64,000 bases of DNA, taken from Fistulifera solaris. Lineage: Eukaryota. The position numbers and the translations under genes are program-made. Position 1 is the first letter of the stretch. Each line of letters begins with the position of its first letter. This document shows positions 57,924-64,000 of the stretch, one piece after another. Where the stretch lies: contig AP026135.1 of assembly GCA_030295235.1 (NCBI GenBank), forward strand, positions 620,001 to 684,000, read 5' to 3'. Below the pieces are notes generated by a model, which saw nothing but the letters and a program-made list of their open reading frames with translations, was not told the DNA's origin and did not search any database.

Positions 57924-58835
57924 TCACCAATTTATATCTAAGCCAGCATGTTCACAGGAGCGCTTTTTTCTCTCTTGTAAGATAGCCTCCGCAACGTCCA
58001 TATCTTCGGGTGTCGTTATTTTCAAGTTCGTATACTCCCCCAGTGTCAATTTGACAGGCTCTCCCAAAGCTTCCACAATCGATACATCATCTGTCACTTC
58101 CAAATTTTCGGCCTCCACTTTAGCGAAACCTCTCTGCAGTGTCTCAATGCGAACAACTTGTGGAGTATGGACTTCCCACAGTCGAGCCCGCGGAATAGTT
58201 CGTAACACGGTCGATCCATCTTCACTTTCCTTGATAGTAGCTTTACAAGGTACGCCAAGAACAGCGGCTCCGTATTCCTTGGCGTCTCTTACGACATGAC
58301 AAACTTCTTGGATGGTCACGAGAGGTCGTGCCGAATCATGAATGGCTGCGTATTGGCATTCGCCACCCGATAGCTCCACCAATTTCGAGAGGCCATTTTC
58401 CACCGAACCTTGTCGTTCGACTCCCGGATTGGCAAAGGCTAATTGATTTTTATAACGATCCACAATGGGTTGGTACTCGGGTTGATAAGTAGGATCCATA
58501 ACCAATACAACAAACGGTGGAGGAGCTTTTCCTTCTTTCTTGAGGAAGGACGGCAGTCGCTCCAAGAACAGTTCCAGAGAATGATGAAGGACAGGGACAC
58601 CTCGCAGTTCTAAGAACTGCTTGGGCATCGATGCTTTCATACGACTGCCTTTTCCTCCCGCTAATAAGACAAAGCCGGTATCGCCCATGTCAATGGCATA
58701 ATCGTCGCCATCGGAAAGTGCCAAAAAGGACGGTCTTGGGAGAAGCAGGCGATGATCCGCTTGCAGGAATGAGAAAGCGAATCGAGGTAGGAAAACTAAG
58801 AATAGAATCGTGATTGCTCGGCAGGAATACATCAT
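57924..58835 (-). CDS. ispD: 2-C-methyl-D-erythritol 4-phosphate cytidylyltransferase (MEP pathway), plastid-targeted
   Basis: AFS-FLQ presequence; LLAGGKGSRM..PKQF, ERQGSV.NGL, IHDSARPL, HTPQ, VTDDVS and NLKITTPED. Confidence 0.95.
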   Translation of the reverse strand: MMYSCRAITILFLVFLPRFAFSFLQADHRLLLPRPSFLALSDGDDYAIDMGDTGFVLLAGGKGSRMKASMPKQFLELRGVPVLHHSLELFLERLPSFLKKEGKAPPPFVVLVMDPTYQPEYQPIVDRYKNQLAFANPGVERQGSVENGLSKLVELSGGECQYAAIHDSARPLVTIQEVCHVVRDAKEYGAAVLGVPCKATIKESEDGSTVLRTIPRARLWEVHTPQVVRIETLQRGFAKVEAENLEVTDDVSIVEALGEPVKLTLGEYTNLKITTPEDMDVAEAILQERKKRSCEHAGLDINW

Positions 58836-59165
58836 GGCAAATCTTTTTGAAGGTTGAAGTCTAATAGGGATGTCTTATCATGGTCGTTTTCAATTTTTTT
58901 TTGGATCGGAGGATGATAAGTTTATACCGCAGTGACGTGCGCGAAGGAGTACTCGTAATCTCTGTCGCTGTCGCACTGTACTTTTGGCCTGGTGTGAATC
59001 TGTGAAATACTTTGTCATGTCGTAATGAAAGCTGTATCTGTTGACCGAAACGCGTTCCTGACGCCGCCGGACAACAACAAAACCATTTTGTTAATCGCAG
59101 CCATGTTTTGTTATTACCCTTACAAATAATTATCACCAGTTGCTGTCCTTCACTTGTTCTCCATA

Positions 59166-59767
59166 ATGCTGAAAGTCCGTATCATTCTCGTGCTTTTCTA
59201 TCTCCATCTCCTAGGCGAGGGAGTCGCATTTATTACACATACGCCAGCCTTTACCGTGTCATCAGTACGTGCAACAAGAATATTTTGACTGGCCCTCCAC
59301 TGGACGCGCTCTGATTTTCTCATTTATCTGACTTTGAGCATTCATTGTCGCAGACGAGTCGATTACAATTCACATCCATTTCCACGGAACATTATTACAA
59401 TCTCGAAGAATTGGAAGACAAGGAGACCTGTACGACCGAAATTTTTCTCCGCTCCGACAAATCGCTCCAAGTGGGCAAGACCGATGGCCCACTCTACGTG
59501 AATGCTGCGGGAAGCTGGAGTCAAGAAGCCGACGGAACTTTTCGCATGACGTTAAAACGCTGGTATAATGCGGGAAGGACGCCGGCGAGCAAGACGGACA
59601 TGGGCGAGTTTCAATTTGAGGTGGAACGTTTATTCGTCGGTGAGGTCGCAACCGTAGGTGGAATAGCAGCGGTGTCGGGTTCCATGCACCACATTGACGG
59701 GGATATTGACAGGGAAGTCGGATTTTTCAACTTGATTGATACATCGGCCGAACGAAAGAAGAACTGA
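59166..59767 (+). CDS. Plastid-targeted beta-rich hypothetical protein; intron 59265-59353
   Basis: Exon 1 MLKVRIILVLFYLHLLGEGVA-FIT..., an 89-nt phase-0 GT-AG intron, then LEELEDKETCTTEIFL...TDGP...GSW...FRMTL.R...VGFFNLID. Confidence 0.75.
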
Positions 59768-60620
59768 ATACTTGAGTACTTCGGTTTTCGGCAAAGCAAT
59801 GCACCGGTATGAAAGAGGCAGAATCTGCGAATAGAGAATGAATATTCTGTTCGATGAGTCTATACATCCTTTTAATTCAGGCACTTTATCTGAGCGATTG
59901 ACCCTTCAATTTTTATTAGACGACGATTTAGCAATACCCCTCGTTGTTGTCGTCCCTATACACTGTTGGCTAAAACCCTTATTTCGTACATGATTGATTG
60001 GGTTTGGTAACGTGTATCAATTCCTAGGCTCGTTTGGATGGCATTGGTCAAGGATTTGAAGAGTTTCGTCGAATTGGAAGTGTCATCGCTACACAACAAC
60101 ATCATGGGATTCATCACGAGTCCCCCAGTCACACTTTCAGTCACAGATTTTCTGCTCCGAAATAGAATACCGCTAAGACAATTTGGGCCATTTTGTTAAT
60201 CGTGTAGAACCCTCCGCTTTATTCTATATTTAGATCACTGTGTACCGAGTCAAAGATTGTTTCTGGCTCTCGTTGTACACGAAAATATACTGGTGGAAGA
60301 AGTAGTAACGAAGTTTCCGCACTTTCTTTTCCTTCGTGACAGCAAAAGTCAGCCATAAGTGAAAAACCATTGACGAGAAGATCGAACGGAGATCCTTGCA
60401 GCTTTCACATTTGTCAACTACTCCGTAACACTTACTTTATTGATGATAAAACCACCCTTGGACACCAATTGATTAAGCCCGCACTTGATGTTAACCACAG
60501 CGCGTTTTTGCATGATCTGATCCTGGTATAATCTGTTTGAAACAGCGGGTCGCCTGCCCATCGAATTTATTATGGACGTACGAAAAGAATCGCTCCGCAA
60601 CGCCTACGCGGCAGAGTGGG

Positions 60621-61740
60621 ATGCTGCGCTCGCAGCTCAATGCGACCCCACAACGACGCAAACCACTCAACACTTCCACGACAAGAATTTATCGGGCACC
60701 GCAAGCGGCTGTCCGCGACGAGACGGATGGAAAAACGCGGCGCCGACGCCAACCCGAGGATTCGTCTTTCTCGACTTTGGAAGCGCCGTTGGGACGACGA
60801 CTCGGATCGTGGTAATCGATCGAGTCGGAGGAGTTTGACGTTGCGACAGGGATTTGAAGAATTCTCCGAGTCGTTTGTTAACAACAACGATTATGATGAC
60901 TATCACAATGAATATTATGTCGAACCGCGACGCAACTTATGGGTCGTGTTACGAACGACAGTGAATTATCAAACGGCAGTACAAGTCCTTATTTTGCTAG
61001 TCTTTGCCGCCATGATTTTTGATTCCCATTCTCGGGTTCAGAAGCACCGAGTCCAGCTAGCACAGTACGATGAAGAACGAGCGCACATTTTAGAACAAAT
61101 GATGTGGATTGATAAAGCGGCAAAAAAGGTACACCGAAAGTACGCACAAAAAGACATTTGGGAATCATTGGAAGATCAAAAGTTAGAGCACGAATCGCGA
61201 GGGGCGTTGTTGGAAGATACGGAGGGCTTGCGCGATGCCATGAAGAAACTACAGCTGCGTGTGCAACTGAATGCTCGAACACGTATTGAGGATCGTTTTG
61301 GGATCCGTAATGCTTTTATCAATTTAGCATTGGATGAAGAGGGAAAGGAACACGTACAGATTGGATTAACGGATGACACTCCTCATGCCGCCGCTATTTT
61401 GCTGGAACAATACGACCGCCATTTGTGGGACAAAGTGGAGCTACAACGCATCGGTGATGATGTGATACAAATATCCACTGATCAAACAACCACATCACCT
61501 ATTTTAGAATTTATAGAGTCATCGCATTCCTGTCACGAGGTCGGATCGGTAGTGTTGCGGCAATTGGAAGCGGATACGATGGACTTGAATGTAGTGGTAC
61601 TGCGTGTTCATATGACGGAACATGTACCCATGGGCGGGGAAGATGTCTGTATCGGAAAGGTGACAGTCGGTCTTGAGTATCTAAACAAAGAGGGCATACC
61701 TCGCATCCATGAGACGCCACCTAGAGTCTACGCTTCATAA
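60621..61740 (+). CDS. Single-pass membrane protein with coiled coil and degenerate cyclophilin-like C-terminal domain (start uncertain; probable frameshift ~60790)
   Basis: TM AVQVLILLVFAAMIF, coiled coil, then VQIGL..DTPHAAAILLEQ...LWD, ILEFIE and DVCIGKVTVGLE. Confidence 0.6.
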
Positions 61741-62295
61741 GGGGTTTATTTGTCGACTCGCACCTCGACTAAGTAATATAAACTCCTTGTTACCGCCCTT
61801 AGAATACTGTCGTGTTTTCTCTCATGTATAAATTGTTGCACCTTTGGAAAACCCTGCATTTCTCTACTGTAGGCAAGATGTAGCTATTTCTCCTTCGTCA
61901 ACACGTTTTGTTCGGGCGAGTCACGAGTCACGAGTTTCATCCATGATAATCTAACGTAACTATTTACTACTGAGTATTACAGTAGAAGTAGTATCCATGA
62001 CCCTCCACCACGCAGGACGCGCCACGTGACCCCCGAATTCTCAGAACAACCGCAACCTGGGACTCGGTCTATCTGATTTCCGTTGTTTATAACGGTACGA
62101 TGTTCAAGTCGCCGAAAATATTAAACACAATTCCTGTTCATGGCCCGGCGGGCAGGGAAGTTGTGAAGGAAACTTGAATTTTGAAACCGGACCATCACCG
62201 CTCACCCGCGCTAATTTTCTACTCTGCTCGCGGCGCCCAAGAAACAGCCACCACCAAACAATACTGTCATACTTCTCGTTTTCGTTTCACGATTC

Positions 62296-63784
62296 ATGTA
62301 AGTGATGTTCGTTCTTCTTTGTGTGAAAAGCCCCCTGACTTCTTTTGCTTCTCGTAAAACTAACTAATCAATGTGTCGTTGTATTGTTATTCGTCCCCGC
62401 AGGGCTGAACTTTTATCGGACGAAGTCCAATTGGGCTATGCGCTCGAAGCTTTCGCGTATGCGCATCAAATGGGTGTAGGATGGGCCACTTCCAAACTCG
62501 TGTATTTGAAAAATTCCGGCATTAACAATCTCAGTGAACTATCGCTCGGTTGTAAAGAAGATACATTGAATTTAGATCTCGAATTATTCGGTGTACCACC
62601 GGAGGAACTCTTTAGCGCCAAAACACTTCAACGCCTCAATGGCTTTTTTACCGGGTCCGGTGGGCATTCGATGCTTTCGTTTGGCTCAGAAAGCCGCACA
62701 AAAGGTAAAGAAAGGAACTGCCGATACAGAATATGTGCATCGCCCGGAAAATGGCAAAATTGGGGAAGAAGTCTGGTTGACTCCGTCGAATGAAGAATGG
62801 GTCTTGCGCGTCGACTGCGCCGGCTTTGTCCGCAACTGCCTCAAGCACGTGACGAAAGATCCCTTTGTCATGTCACTTAGTGACCGGGATTTCATGCGCG
62901 CCAAGGATTTCTTCACATTCTTCTCCAGTACACCCCATACCGTCATGGACACGGAAGTTATGCCCGAAACGGATCGACGTATGAAATGGCGACAGTTCAC
63001 CGATTTGCGACTCGTCATTCCGGGGGATGTCATCTGTTATCGACCGAAAGGCAATGCAGCCGGGGGTGCCGCCTTTACTTCAAATGATCGAAAGGATCTC
63101 AAGCGGCTATTGAAAGCGGTCAAAACGGCCCAGCTCTGGCATGCAGAAGGGGGGAGCTGGACGAATATGGTAACGCGAAATGTCGCCAAAGACCCCGTGG
63201 TCAAGACGTGGGTCACAAAAGTCAAAACAAAATTAAACGCCATCGATATTCACACCGTCAAACAACTGCATCGGAATCTCGATTCAATTAACAGTAAGCT
63301 CACCTCCCTGGATTACCCCGCTCTGAGTCAAGATACGTTGGATTTGATCCGAGAATGTTGCGAAAGTACTACAGTCAATACTGGGCATATTGTGTTTGCC
63401 GCCGGACCGGCGGTACGGCTAGACGACGATGGTTTGTATCGTATTCGGGTAGTGCACTCGACCAAGTATGGGATTGTGGGGAAGGACGGTCAAAAGACAC
63501 AGGGAGTTCAGGAATATTATCGACGATTCCAGCTTTTACCGAACGGTCGCTGGACGCGACATAAGGAAGTGACCGTAAAGAAGGAAGTCAAAGTAGTCAA
63601 CACGTATGAGAGTGATGGCGAAGATCCCTTTGATGACATGGAAGATGATCCGGAAGACAATGAAGGGAGCGGCAGCGGCACGGAAACGGAAACCGATACG
63701 CCTTCCAATGGTGAAGCGGAGCCAAACGACGATTTATCGGATAAAGACATGGTGGAAGTGATTGTGGCCCGTATGTGTTTTTGA
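62296..63784 (+). CDS. NlpC/P60-like (papain-fold) cysteine hydrolase with duplicated helical module and acidic tail; intron 62298-62402; apparent frameshift in T-run 62644-62649
   Basis: AT|gtaagt...cag|G GCT GAA rebuilds the ATG. Motifs TEYVH, VDCAGFVRNCL, RAKDFF, IPGDVICY, NTGHIVF and IRVVHST. Confidence 0.75.
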
Positions 63785-64000
63785 TTAGTGGTTTCCACTG
63801 AATCATGTCCTGTGTCGTAGACGGAACGAGACATTACCTTAGTAGCTTTTGCAGCATAGAATAGCATAACTATTAGGCCAAACATATCAATTGCTAATTA
63901 GATTTCATTCCTTTAACTCGATTAGGGTCAAACTTGCGTTTTTAGAATTTTAAGATTACTATTCGAATAACCCGGCAGCTTTTCCTCGCGGAACACGACT

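Noticed and set aside
59900..60150. Short minus-strand ORF 59956-60144 as a gene or relic
   Set aside because: 62 aa, non-ATG start and no recognisable domain.
1..64000. tRNA, rRNA, snRNA genes, telomeric repeats, intact transposase or reverse transcriptase
   Set aside because: No cloverleaf, rRNA or snRNA signature, or DDE/RT motif was recognised by eye; tRNAscan-SE, Infernal and RepeatMasker would be needed to exclude them formally.

Overview
Gene-dense eukaryotic nuclear DNA, most likely from a pennate diatom. Evidence: short GT-AG introns of about 60-110 nt, bipartite plastid presequences (signal peptide plus F/W at +1), and diatom-type gene families. About 30 protein-coding genes were identified by motif recognition only, with no database search. 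They include PUS10 (runs off the left edge), WDR6/Trm734, a SAM methyltransferase, a HECT E3, the mitochondrial SAM carrier, MBF1, a signal-peptide-bearing proteasome alpha subunit, NVL/Rix7, ArfGAP, DNAJA, PP2C, DCAF7, a DUF616-type glycosyltransferase, an aldo/keto reductase, MCMBP, COG5, CCT3 and IspD. About 20 single-base frameshifts, mostly at homopolymer runs and many in essential genes, indicate an unpolished long-read assembly. Only the vWA-alpha-kinase at 7.1-8.6 kb looks like a genuine pseudogene. Most interesting loci: (1) a zinc finger + PUS1/TruA-like + TET/JBP-like 2OG-Fe(II) dioxygenase fusion (40.2-42.4 kb), a candidate two-step RNA base-modifying enzyme; (2) a bacterial-type NlpC/P60 cysteine hydrolase with a duplicated helical module and an intron-split ATG (62.3-63.8 kb); (3) a plastid-targeted multivalent repeat protein (GKSRWG x4, HGLRADGGVGGP x2), a candidate pyrenoid/Rubisco linker; (4) a cluster of 15-bp palindromes at 35.1-35.5 kb. 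No rRNA, tRNA, CRISPR array or intact transposase was recognised.
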